Made by a program: the position numbers and the translations under genes. The notes under the pieces are model-generated. The model had not been told where the DNA came from and searched no databases. It saw nothing but the letters and a program-made list of their open reading frames with translations. A stretch of DNA of 63,852 bases, counting the filler, from Craspedostauros australis (taxonomy: Eukaryota), in NCBI GenBank assembly GCA_030167865.1. It is 22 parts of 22 records of this genome, joined end to end, with 100 filler letters (N's around TTAATTAATTAA, not from the genome) between each part and the next. Parts side by side here need not be neighbours in the genome. Positions count along the whole stretch, not along the records: positions 32,631 to 37,002 come from JALAGF010003266.1; positions 37,103 to 48,776 come from JALAGF010003267.1; 20 more parts are not named here. One strand, written 5' to 3'. Each line of letters begins with the position of its first letter. Position 1 is the first letter of the stretch. Positions 35,901-47,077 of the stretch are shown here, one piece after another.

Positions 35901-36283
35901 AAGACAGAAAGGACACGAGAGGAGACGACCATCTCGGAAGAGGAATGCAAGGAATCGCTGAAAGCGAAATACATCGGCATTTTCAGTGAGTGTGATGTGG
36001 GAAAAAACGGATGTGATGTCGCCAGACTCGCAATGAACCTCGTCGAACAGTTTCACTTCATTCCCGCGGTCCAGAATTAACTCACGAGGAATTCAGGCGC
36101 GATTAGCGATAAGCTGGTAGTAAGCAATTTAAAACTTAAATATATTCATTGGAAAGCTCTGCTCAACAGCTTTCTAAAGATGCAAAGAAACTGGCATTGT
36201 ATATGTAGATGTTGTTGTCAACAATTAACATACCTAAAACTGAAAACGTTAAACGATATTATATCGTGTAGGTCATGAAGGGA
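32921..36283 (-). mobile_element. Complete piggyBac-like DNA transposon (3363 bp) with 13-bp TIRs
   Basis: TCCCTTCATGACC (32921-32933) and GGTCATGAAGGGA (36271-36283); subterminal inverted TATCGTTTA/TAAACGATA (32954-32962, 36250-36258); TAGTA on both flanks. Confidence 0.85.
32960..35241 (-). pseudogene. piggyBac-like transposase pseudogene (3 in-frame stops, 1 frameshift)
   Basis: Collinear motifs AIDEMM, KPIKEGYK, MDNLFT, GTAR..RGFP, WVDNN and YNHWMGGVDRCDQ, plus a C-terminal Cys-rich domain (YCCY..CSLCKVHAC). Stops at 34660, 34135 and 33790; frameshift near 33410. Confidence 0.9.
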
Positions 36284-36545
36284 TAGTACTATACAATGAA
36301 ACACAGTGACTCATCCTATGGTATGAAAATATACTATACTCTCCACAGTATAATCGGATGAACATAATGCTTATCTTAACAATCCGCAAATGACAACATA
36401 ACAACCCTGGACGGGGTCATACAAGGAAAATGGTGATGCGAGGAAGGACTCAATGGATTGACAAAAACTGATTTCGTCTTTGGGGCAGATTTGACAACGG
36501 GACTGATGGTCGTGACTTGAGATCGGGGTGGGCGAGGCTGGCCGG

Positions 36546-36610
36546 TTATGAAATTATGACCCTTACAACCACCTCCAGTGGAGGTGGTTGTAAGGGTCAT
36601 AATTTCATAA
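36546..36610. repeat. Perfect 32-bp inverted repeat with a 1-nt spacer
   Basis: TTATGAAATTATGACCCTTACAACCACCTCCA-G-TGGAGGTGGTTGTAAGGGTCATAATTTCATAA. Confidence 0.97.
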
Positions 36611-37623
36611 TCTGGGCCTCTCGGCCAATCATATCGCTTCATTTAGGGCACAAGATACCTTTNNNNNNNNNNNNNNNNNNNNNNNNNNNNNNNNNNNNNN
36701 NNNNNNNNNNNNNNNNNNNNNNNNNTTGTCCGCGAATATGAACGCTCCTCGGAGACCGTTCATAATTTCATAATCTCTCTGACGAGTCGTGGTAGTCCAA
36801 AATTCGTTCTCAACGGCTACATCAGAGGGAAACTTTGTGCTCACACCAGATTGATCCGATGTGCTCTACTGCAAATTGATTATTCGTTCCCACCCGTTGC
36901 ATCGCAACTGTCTGTTGAAATTTAACTCCTTCTTTAGATGCACCTAGTGTACCTCTGTATTTATCATCTGATGAACTCCAGCGGATCATATCTTCCCACC
37001 ATNNNNNNNNNNNNNNNNNNNNNNNNNNNNNNNNNNNNNNNNNNNNTTAATTAATTAANNNNNNNNNNNNNNNNNNNNNNNNNNNNNNNNNNNNNNNNNN
37101 NNTGTTGCTGGTTTCCATTGTGAGACTGGTCAACGTGGAGTGTTGTTGGCTGTCCTGGCCTGGCACATTCTGTTGTTGCCGCGTGCAGTCATCATGTTGT
37201 CTTGTGGAGGAAGAGTCACACGATGTCTCTTCCTCTGTTGTGACTCGTTTTTCATGACGTGGAATACGTTCCCTGTGACGTAGAAGACGGATCAGCGAGA
37301 GCAAACACACAATAGCTCTAAATATCCAATCGCCGTTTCTCCCAAAAGCAAGCAAACCAGTGACAACAAGGGGCCAAAACTCCACAACTAGTGTTATCGT
37401 GAGTGCATCAACTGCGACCTGGAGGTAGTACGCACACACAAACATGTGAAAGAGTCTCGAAGTGGCGATTGTTGGTGAAGCTCTACACAACGTCGAGCTG
37501 ATCATTTCGACTGACATCAACATTCGGCATTGCACATTTCGTACGATCGATTGTACTCTATTGGACTAGAGTACGACCTATTATAATATATAATAATAGT
37601 TAGCTTGGACAGGACAGCGCAAG

Positions 37624-40101
37624 ATGGACGCCGACGACGCATCATCGCACGAGCAGGAGCACGAACTGCTCTCTGTCATCCAGCACTATTATGAGGACAA
37701 AGACAACATGCGCAGCGACGATGACAACGACAACAACGACAACAATAAGAACAGCATCGTCAACGCAGACAGCACCGGCAGTGCAACAGCGACACCGCCA
37801 AATCCAAGCGCAAAGACAAGTGTTGGTCCAAACGATGCAGAAGCATCCGCTGGTCTGCAGAAATATGCTCGTGACAAGGCCCCACGGGACAACTCCTCCT
37901 CGTCCCATCCATCCCGCAGCGATTCCTTCCAGAAAAGGGCCACACAGGCTTTGGCTTTCGTTGATGCAGCGGACGATGATGGTAGCAGTGGTGGCAATGG
38001 CGATAATGGCAGCGACGACATTGATCGGATTGATGGGGGTCGATTTACCGCTCCCGGCACTGAAAGTGACACCAATAAGCAAGTTCAGGCAGATATCAAC
38101 GAAGATGACGGCATTGTGAACTTGGATTTGGCCTTCACAAACGAAGTGGGTCCATCCACCAACCTCTACCCTCAAGAAATAGTGAAGGAACGATTGGAGG
38201 GCTCTACTCACTCAGATCCTGATGATGTGCCCAGCATGCGAGGTTCGAAGCAATCTCATCAACGCCCATCGCATACATACTCGACGGCATCGACTATGGC
38301 AGGTTCCACCACCACCGCCAACGAACAAATGGACATCACCGAGTTTTCGAGAATGCGAGAAACAGAAAAGATGATGCATATGCAAGGAACGGCAACGCAG
38401 CAGTTGCATCAACGCTATCGAGGGTCACAGGAAAAGGAGAAGCAAGCTGTGAGCAGTCGTGTCGCTGGCAGCAAGGCCAGCGTCGGCTCACGTAACCGCG
38501 CAAAGTTTGGTTCCGTCGCATCTAGAGTTCACCAATCACCTCGCACAAACTCTGGGCCCGTTGTTGGATCCCGTGATGCGTCGCAGGACATCAACGATGG
38601 TGCTGGCCATGGAAATGCCGAATCAGTCACTGGTGTTTCTTCATCCACCGGTGGTCCCCACAGTGATTCATATGAGCATGCGTTGGAAGCAGGGACCATC
38701 ACCTCAACCCAAGGCGTTGATGGCGCGGCTCCCAATAATGCCGTCGCTGCGATGCTTGTAGAAGATGACAACATCGACGAGATCCGCGACAACGCGCGCC
38801 GGCGAGGAGAAGACAAGGTTCGGCAACAACTGGGCGCCGAAATCGTCGCATCCAAGATCGAAGTTGTGGAAGAGAATAAGCCAGGGTCTGACAAACGAAG
38901 ATTGGGCATTGTGTTAGCGATCGCCTGTGTTGCAGCAATCGCTTTGGCTTTGGGCTTGGTGTTTGGACTGTCCTCTGATGACACAGAGCCAACACTGGTG
39001 TCGTTTGAGAGCCGAGTCCCAACCGCCCAGCTAGAACCAACTCAAGCACCATCTCTGTTTCCGTCCTCCCAACCTTCGTTTGCGACTGCACCGCCCACGC
39101 AGCAGGAGACCCTTCTGCGAAATTCCCTCATCCGGCAGGTAGCGATTGAAACGTCAGGTGCCGAATACTTCTCGGGAAGCAATTCGACACGCCAAGATGC
39201 CCTCGATTGGATGATCAACGAAGATGTACTCACGGTATCCAACACGACGGAATCGATCATCAAAGAACGGTACATCGTGACGTTGGCGTACCTGTCCATG
39301 ACGGGGGAACTGCTGACTCTCCCAAACAAGTTCTTGTCCGCGAACCTAACCACCTGCGAGTGGGGCAGCGACATCAACCCTGCCAGACAGCAACCGTTTA
39401 TCCAATGCGATGATGATGGTCGCGTCACCAGCTTGCACTTTCGCGAAGCCGGTCTCATCGGCACCTTCCTCCATGAGCTGGGTGCGTTGGAACGGTTGCA
39501 ATTCTTTGATTTTGCTTCCAACGGGATGAGCGGCCATCTCCCGACAGAGCTGGGCGACCTCACGAATCTGGTCTACTTTGACATCTGTAAGTACTCTTTC
39601 GTACAACATCATGTGGACGGTCTGCATGTGCTGATCACTCGCGTACGAGTGTCCTATGCGGCTCTGCACTCGCTGTGCGGGTGCTCTGGAGAGCACGGTT
39701 TCGCACCACAGACTTTCGCATGTATTATAATACACAACCTGCTCACGAAAACCCCCTCCTTCACCACCGCCCTTTCAATTGCACTACTTCCTGCAACAGC
39801 CCTGAACAACATCGACGGCATACTGCCAACAGAATTCGACAAGATGGTCAGTCTGCAGGCGCTGCATCTATTTTGGAATCCCAATCTCGGTGGCGTTCTG
39901 CCTTCGTCATTCTCCAGACTGCAAAGCTTGCAGGTGCAAGGCACCAACCTGACCGACTTGCAGAACATTTGCGGTCCGGGAAACATGGGCGGGTTCTTCC
40001 TGTCCAATTGTTTCGAAGACGACGTCGAATGCACCTGCTGTCAAGTGTGCTGCACAGCGGCGCTGGACTTTGAGTTGTGCGGTCCTCCGAATGCGCCTTG
40101 A
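37624..40101 (+). CDS. Single-pass LRR receptor-like membrane protein; probable intron 39587-39799
   Basis: Disordered N-terminus, TM (LGIVLAIACVAAIALALGLVFGL), PT-rich stalk, QDALDW..ERY..CEWG cap, plant-type LRRs and a C-terminal CTCCQVC. Removing GTAAGT...ACAG restores FDISLNNIDGILPTEF. Confidence 0.88.
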   Translation: MDADDASSHEQEHELLSVIQHYYEDKDNMRSDDDNDNNDNNKNSIVNADSTGSATATPPNPSAKTSVGPNDAEASAGLQKYARDKAPRDNSSSSHPSRSDSFQKRATQALAFVDAADDDGSSGGNGDNGSDDIDRIDGGRFTAPGTESDTNKQVQADINEDDGIVNLDLAFTNEVGPSTNLYPQEIVKERLEGSTHSDPDDVPSMRGSKQSHQRPSHTYSTASTMAGSTTTANEQMDITEFSRMRETEKMMHMQGTATQQLHQRYRGSQEKEKQAVSSRVAGSKASVGSRNRAKFGSVASRVHQSPRTNSGPVVGSRDASQDINDGAGHGNAESVTGVSSSTGGPHSDSYEHALEAGTITSTQGVDGAAPNNAVAAMLVEDDNIDEIRDNARRRGEDKVRQQLGAEIVASKIEVVEENKPGSDKRRLGIVLAIACVAAIALALGLVFGLSSDDTEPTLVSFESRVPTAQLEPTQAPSLFPSSQPSFATAPPTQQETLLRNSLIRQVAIETSGAEYFSGSNSTRQDALDWMINEDVLTVSNTTESIIKERYIVTLAYLSMTGELLTLPNKFLSANLTTCEWGSDINPARQQPFIQCDDDGRVTSLHFREAGLIGTFLHELGALERLQFFDFASNGMSGHLPTELGDLTNLVYFDICKYSFVQHHVDGLHVLITRVRVSYAALHSLCGCSGEHGFAPQTFACIIIHNLLTKTPSFTTALSIALLPATALNNIDGILPTEFDKMVSLQALHLFWNPNLGGVLPSSFSRLQSLQVQGTNLTDLQNICGPGNMGGFFLSNCFEDDVECTCCQVCCTAALDFELCGPPNAP

Positions 40102-40751
40102 TATGGTGACATGGTACGGGAGCTCATAGACGATGAGTACAGCCTCCCCTACAGGAAATGCGACGAGTATGCACCTGAATACTGTCATGTTTGGGTGTCG
40201 TGGAATGCAAAGCTCAGCGAGAATAATATTCTAATATTCGAATCATACACGTACCGGCGATCTGTACCATAATACTACTGGCTAGAGTAAGTCATAGAGA
40301 TTCCTCTGCTCTGTACGAGTGCGCATCAAATGGAACTGCCACAGGCGAGCGACTCTGAGTAAGGTGTGTCGTTCGTCCATGTTGATAGAAGTTTGTGACA
40401 ATCTGTGTGGCGAAGGCAGAAAAGAAAACGGCGGGTGGTCCGCGTTTGGGGCATTGGCGCCACTGGTCCAAACGAAGCGGAGCACAACAGGCGAAGCAGG
40501 AGAAGGCGATGACCACGTACATACGTACTACTACTCGTACGCGTATGATCGTGTGCTCGTCCGGCAAGGGATCATTGCCGATCATTTGGAGACTCCTCCC
40601 ATGAGCCATCTTCTTCTTCTTTTCCATGGCTGATCTCAGCAGCTGGACTTCCATGCATGATCACGAGCCTCCTCACAGTATAACGACAGCTGGTCGAACT
40701 CCAATCGCAACACTTTGACAACACCGATCACAGGATAAGCACAACGCCATC

Positions 40752-42515
40752 ATGTCAAGCCGCGCATCCAAGGATGACATCCACAACAGAAGAAAAGATG
40801 AGAGCAAACCATTCACTGCAGAGAAGGAGATGCACGACCACTCCAAGATGATCCTCGCACTGGTCGGCGGCGATGCATCGGAGGAGGAGAATGGACGGCG
40901 CGATTCTGCTATCGATGATCGATCACACAGCAAGAAGCAAGAGGGCGGCGCAAACGCGATGCGACACAAAGAGCATGGCAACACAACCAATGTGATGAAT
41001 GCTCACAAAGTCAATGGAGAAAAGGTGATTGCCTCACCGACATCGGCCAACCGCCAAGGAGCAACGGGACCACCGGTCAACGGCAGCAGCGACACTACCG
41101 ACGGCAAGGACCAGAAGTCTGAGAACGACGAAAGCGAACAACTCTTGACGCCGACACGATTGGTGCAATCCCAACCACACCATCGCAATCGATCACTCCT
41201 CCGGCCCGGTGCCATCCGCGTGCATCAAACGCGAGGCGGTGCCTATCTGGAACGTCCCGACTTGGTCCCCGTGGATGACGATCGTGGAGTCGATGAAGTG
41301 TCCACAAGCAACCAGCAGGACTCGGTGCTTCCGGCAATCGCTGCCACAGGTGGCGGTGTCGTCGCAGCGACGCTGGTGGACACCGACAATGCTGAGACCA
41401 ATCCGAACATTGCAAAGATCGAAGATGACGCGCAGCGGGAAGGCGAAGCAGAAGCAAGGAAGCAGATCCTGAAGGACGTGGTGATTGCGGAGATTCCCAT
41501 CGATGGCGACGACGATGCAAATAACGCGAACGATGAACGACGCAAACGATCCCGACGTCTTGTCATGATTGCTGCGGTCTGCGGAGTTGTGATCGTCGGC
41601 GCGATTGTCGGTGGCGTTGTGGGGGCCTCGTCAAAAGGGAGCAACAGCAGCCAGGCATCATTCGCTCCCTTCACGATGCAGCCGACGGATGTACCAACGT
41701 TGACCCCTTCCATTTTTCCGACGCCGGCACCCAGTGCACTACCAAGCGTGCTGCCGTCGCAAGAACCGAGCTCTGCGGAAGATGTCGAGGTCGATGCCTA
41801 CATCACCAGCGTTGTTTTCAACCTCACGGATGCAACAGCGTTCGAATCCGACTCCTCCGTCGCGACCCAGGCGTTGCAATGGCTGACGCAACGCGACCGT
41901 TGGATTACCCGCAGCACAACACAGCGGCAGGTGAAGGAACGCTACATCCTCACAGCGTTGTACCTCGCGACGAATGGAGACGATTGGAAGAACACGTACA
42001 GCTTCTTGATGCCCGACGTTGCGACCTGCGCATGGGGAGAGAATCCTGGACCCGTCGTCGTGTCGCCGCCGTTGAATTGCGATGGCGACGGGCATGTCCG
42101 AGTCATTGCACTGATCTCCAACGACCTGTCGGGGTACTTGCCAAGCGAGATTGGTGGGATCCAATCATTGACGCGGCTGGAACTTGCGTTCAATGAGCTG
42201 GATCGCACCATCCCCAGCGAAGTGGGGATGTTGTCACAGTTGGAGCTCCTGGAACTGACCATGAACCGCTTGTCTGGCACCATCCCGACCGAGATCGGCA
42301 ACCTCGATGTGTTGGACTCGCTGAACCTCGCTGACAACGCAAATCTGACCGGTCCCATTCCAACGCAAATGAAAAACCTGACGCAAGTGGGACAGCTGCA
42401 GCTGCGAGGCACGAACATCACAGGTTTCGAGACCATGTGCACATCTCCATCACCACTGCACGTATTCTTTGTAGAATGCATCGAGGAATGCAGTTGTTGT
42501 AGTGGGTGCGCATAG
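40752..42515 (+). CDS. Single-pass LRR receptor-like membrane protein, tandem paralogue
   Basis: PGAIRV motif, TM (LVMIAAVCGVVIVGAIVGGVVGA), PS repeats, QALQWL..ERYILTALYLATNG..W, LRRs NxLSGxIPxEIG and CSCCSGC. Confidence 0.92.
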   Translation: MSSRASKDDIHNRRKDESKPFTAEKEMHDHSKMILALVGGDASEEENGRRDSAIDDRSHSKKQEGGANAMRHKEHGNTTNVMNAHKVNGEKVIASPTSANRQGATGPPVNGSSDTTDGKDQKSENDESEQLLTPTRLVQSQPHHRNRSLLRPGAIRVHQTRGGAYLERPDLVPVDDDRGVDEVSTSNQQDSVLPAIAATGGGVVAATLVDTDNAETNPNIAKIEDDAQREGEAEARKQILKDVVIAEIPIDGDDDANNANDERRKRSRRLVMIAAVCGVVIVGAIVGGVVGASSKGSNSSQASFAPFTMQPTDVPTLTPSIFPTPAPSALPSVLPSQEPSSAEDVEVDAYITSVVFNLTDATAFESDSSVATQALQWLTQRDRWITRSTTQRQVKERYILTALYLATNGDDWKNTYSFLMPDVATCAWGENPGPVVVSPPLNCDGDGHVRVIALISNDLSGYLPSEIGGIQSLTRLELAFNELDRTIPSEVGMLSQLELLELTMNRLSGTIPTEIGNLDVLDSLNLADNANLTGPIPTQMKNLTQVGQLQLRGTNITGFETMCTSPSPLHVFFVECIEECSCCSGCA

Positions 42516-43174
42516 ACGAGTCGTGCTAAAGGTAGAATACGACGTTATGACATGGATTCAGCTGAAGCGGAAGCCTGGGTCTCGCGCAGGGGAATATATT
42601 ACTGCTGTACTCTCCATAATCAGATATAGTCAATACTTCTCGATGAGCACGAGTAGAGCGACGGGCGAAACTGTAGCCTTGAAAGATGATTGAGTCGGGG
42701 TGGTCAAACGTGGGAAATTGAAGAAAAGATCGCGTCCATCGGGTTGGCGCCCCCAACACAACAACAACGCGACGACCACAGCAACTGAGTGTGTCATCCA
42801 CCACAATTCTCATTTCGCACGTGCAGACAACACACACAGAGGAACAGAGCCCAAGGGAGGCATCGAAGACTTCACACAAACACCCGCAGCACGAGTTGAA
42901 AGAAGAGCATCACAAGATCAGCCATGGTGAGAGTCCGTATCGTCGTCGACATTGTTGTTGGTGTGTCATTGATGTTGATGCGTCATTGATGTGATGTTTC
43001 CCACTGCGCTGTGTTGGAGGGAAAGAAAATAGCCACCGAATACCACACTCGAGAGTATCCCTGTGCAACTGCGGCCTGTTGAAACAGAGGAATCCACTTG
43101 GAGTGGACTGCGAGGGAGAGACCACCAGGCTGAATCATTCCGCCAACCACTCCGCAAGCACACTCTGCACGGGT

Positions 43175-44112
43175 ATGTCTGGCAGCAGACGATCTTCATC
43201 GTCACGATCGCTTGCTTCAGGAGGCAGCAGCACGAACGCATCCACTGACTCCACCACCATCCTCCCTCTGCTATCATCTGATCTCAACAACGATGCGGAC
43301 GACGTGATTCGTCCTCCAAAGAAATCACCCGCCAACAAACCATCAGCGCAGAAGTACAACCTCTTGTGTGCGGCCTACGTCGCCTATGGTCTGGGCGTTG
43401 GATACTATGCCGGCATGCAACCCATCAACGAGTGGCGGTACTTCTCGTGGCATCCATTCCTCATGACATCAGGCATGGTCATGATGATGGGCATCGCTGC
43501 CATGACCAAGAAATTGGGTGGTTATTCGAACACCAAGGTGAGTTGTGTTTGCGTTCATGTTCGTGTTTGTGTTTGCGTATGCGTATGCTGAGAAGAACGA
43601 AGTGGAAGGTATGGCATGGTGCAGTGCGGTGTGGTACAATGAAGTCAATTCCATTCCATGCGCTGACGCATTGTCCCTCCATCAAATACGTACTATTGCT
43701 CCGCCATGCGTGCGGCAACTCGCATTTGTCACATCAATTACGATCACAGAACCACGGATATTTGGCCAACGTTGGCGTGATGCTAGCATTGGGCGGACTT
43801 TACGTCATTTACCAAAACAAGGAAATGAACGGCGCGCCTCATTTCACATCCTACCACGGCAAGGCCGGTCTCGCGTTGGTGGTGGCCAGCATCGGCGCGG
43901 GCATGGCCGGCGGGATCTTCCTGCATCCCGATTTTGGAATCGACAAGACCAACAAGACGGTCCGGTTCGCGCACAAGACCATGGCGCGGTGCGTGCTGGG
44001 ATTGGCGTGGGGGACCTGCGTCGCGGGAATGTACACATTGAGCAATGATGCGCTGCCGTTGATGATCGTGGGTGCGCCCTTGGTTGTGCTCGCGCCATTC
44101 ACATTGATGTGA
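43175..44112 (+). CDS. Cytochrome b561 family protein; intron 43538-43749
   Basis: Four heme His motifs: FSWHPFLM, NTK/NHG (formed by splicing GTGAGT...ACAG), HFTSYHG and FAHK. Multiple TMs. Confidence 0.88.
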
Positions 44113-44420
44113 GAAGTCATTGAGTACAGGGAACAAAACAGTAGAGCGGAGAACTCCACTGCGCACCACGACAAAGCAAGTGAAGTTTAAGAACTAATGT
44201 TATTCTGGAAAAGGTCTATCTTGCGGTACGGATGCTCCCATTCTTCTATGTATGATCCAGAGAGGTGTCTCCTCATCCTGCCTTTAGCGAGGCTTTTCGT
44301 GGCCGCGGTGACGGTGACACAGGACGCGACAGTTTCACCGCTCCGCCTGCGTGTTCGCCGGAATACCGAGAACGGATTCGGTCCGGTCCACCCAATTCTC
44401 TTCGTGCGCATCTACGTACT

Positions 44421-46090
44421 TTACGTCTCTCCGTGTTCATAGCTCAACGAGAGGATGCCGAAAACGGTCAAAGCACCCGACAGGAACCAGCAGGAGATTC
44501 GGGATATCCCCTTGATTTCTCGAAAGTAGAAGATTCCCCACAATCCGCTGACAAGCATGGATGCCTGCACGACGGAGTATCCAACCCCCTCGCCCAAATA
44601 TTCCACCGACACGATGGAGCAGAAGTTGCCGATGCTCCACAGCATGCCTGATGCACCACCCGGCAGCCACATAGTGCCGAGGTGGAAGGACGGCAGCGCG
44701 TAGTATGCCTTGCCCATGGAACGGTGATGTCCGACGAGGTAGGCGTAGCGGATCACCCACAGCAGGATGTTGATCGTGCTCGCGCCGATGGCAAAACTGA
44801 TGAGATAGTGGCTGCCTTTCTGATCGGGAGGGGCCCAGTGCATGGGCACCATGATGGATCCGCCCCAAATACCGCAGAAAGCCGACGCCGCCACTCCCGT
44901 GTAGTACCTGGGAACCATGAAACCGAAAATCGAGACGTGGGAATCGGATTGTGAACCGCTGGCATTCTGCTCTTCTCTCATGATGCCATCATTCTCCATC
45001 TCCACAAGGACGACGCCCTCCTCGTTGCCGTCGTTCTCTGCATCCCCATCCACAGGTGTGCCAGTGTCATTCTCCTGCTGTGCCTGAGCATTGCTCGCCT
45101 TGTTGTCAGTAGTTGCTGCTTCTGACGACGCTGATTCGCTGGTCACACCCGTTGTCGTTGTCGTTGCTGTAGGGCTGGTGCTCAGTCCATCCGTTGCAAC
45201 ATCAATCTCACTCTCCACATCTGCAAAGGCGGCGCTACCATCGCTCGTGCTGGAATCACCCGAGTTCAATTCGTGATAGCTGTGCTGTCCGTTGGCCGAT
45301 CTGTCGGCCTGGTTATCAATTGAACCGCTGTTGCCGGTGGTGCTGCTACCCTTGGTTGGCGCGGAGAAGTAGGACATGCCCAGCAGACCGACCATCATGC
45401 AGGCCACGGCCAACGTTGCACCAGCCTTGGAGTGCACGTGTTCACCAAAGATGAAGATACCCCAAGTGAAGCTGACCAGGACAATGAAGGAGGATCCCAC
45501 GCCGATGCCGATGGCCAACCCGGATGTTTTGACAGCATAGACCGTGGCAACGCCTCCAGGAACCCAAAACAGTCCGCTCACAATTCCCCATGGCGTGAAG
45601 GAGAATTCCTCGCCTTTGATGAGTTGCCGAAGGGTGGAGCAAACATGGAGCGAATTCAAGGGAACAGCATCGAAGTGTGAGAAGGTTTGTCATCAACGGT
45701 TTCATCCGCAATACTCGGAGTGTGTGCTGTGAGTGAGCGCGAGATGAAATTGAATATGGTCCAGAAGAATAGCGTTGTTTTGCGTTGCATCACACCACAT
45801 AACAATGTACACAGCATAGAACAACACAACAAAACTGACGTACCGCACGGAAGCACCAACCAACAGGTGAGAAAACACATCGCTGTCTTGTACGATTGAA
45901 AGACGAGAGGATCGATGTTGACGCTGCGGGCTCTCTTGGACTTGATGGGGACGCCGAAGGTCCCGAACGCAAGCATGCCTCCCACTGCCGCAATCCAGCC
46001 CAGCATATCCGAAGCCGACGGACCGTCCGCCGACGATCCCGCTAGATCCTCGGATAGCTCCTGCGACATGGTCTGGTTGAACGAGTCCAT
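44421..46090 (-). CDS. TMEM144: TMEM144-like (DMT superfamily) multi-pass transporter; intron 45614-45843
   Basis: AFGTFGVPIK, DPLVFQSYK, FTPWGIVSGLFWVPG, GMLWSIGN, GVGYS and SGLWGIFYFREI. GTACGT...AAAG splicing joins the two frames. Alternative start at 46192. Confidence 0.85.
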
Positions 46091-47077
46091 GCCAGCGCTG
46101 AAAGGATGATCCGTGAAGAGATCCGTGAAGAGGTGGGTGAACAGGTGGATGGGGCTGTGTCCTGTTGATGTATCCAACGATGCCGGATTCATGGGCGCCT
46201 CTGTTTGGTCTCCCGACTATGCAAGTATACTGTTCTATAATATTCTACAATAGATCAGTAGATCGTAGGTTCCTCCCTGTGCTTTCTTCTGCAGAAGCTG
46301 GTGGTGATGAATCCGGCGTGTAGATCCGACAACGTGCGATCTACTATACCCACGCAAGCGCAGTTTGATGTTCTCGTGGAGTGCTTCGTTTTGCTCGCAG
46401 TGCGCTTTGTCTCGTGGGTTGCTTCCTTTCTTTCTCTCTTTCCTCAATCCAGATTTAATGAAACAGGCGCTGCAAGGGATGTCGATTGCTCCTCGCGCGT
46501 TTGACGAGGATGGCTGCTTTGTTGCCTCTCCCCTTGTTAGTCGTCAATCCCACACCCATCAAGAGGTCTATTTCAAGAGAGGATGGGTGTCAAACAGCCA
46601 CGGAAACACTTCTGTGGTGTTGCTGATTCGGCTCGTCATCTTCGTTTTGTTTCTGCCGCTTCCCGTGTTGTGTTGGCGGTGTCATGGTCATGGCATCGTG
46701 TCATGTCACGCGGAGTTGCCACGACTCACCGTTTGCCGAAAGAAATTCTGTGTCGTTTCGTTTTCTCTTGATCGAAGCGGTCCAACTAGTCTGTTTGGTC
46801 AATTTGGTCATAATCCGTGTGTATACGACGGTTATGGAACGTTAACTGTGAATTTCAAATTGCTTACCGAAATCGATTGTGTGCACAAATCATCGCACGA
46901 AGTTGCGCGTTTGGTGACTGTCGCTGCTGATGCGACGTATGATGCGAGTATAACAGCCAATAGCGATCACCTAGCACATTCCTGCAATGCTGTACTATGC
47001 GTTTAAGCTCTCAGCAGTGAACTATTGACCTTGCTGTTGTTGCTGTACTCGAACTCCCCTCAGCGAGCACGAATCGT

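Noticed and set aside
37103..37535. Hydrophobic ~145-codon minus-strand ORF
   Set aside because: No motif support, non-ATG start and truncated; cannot be supported as a gene.
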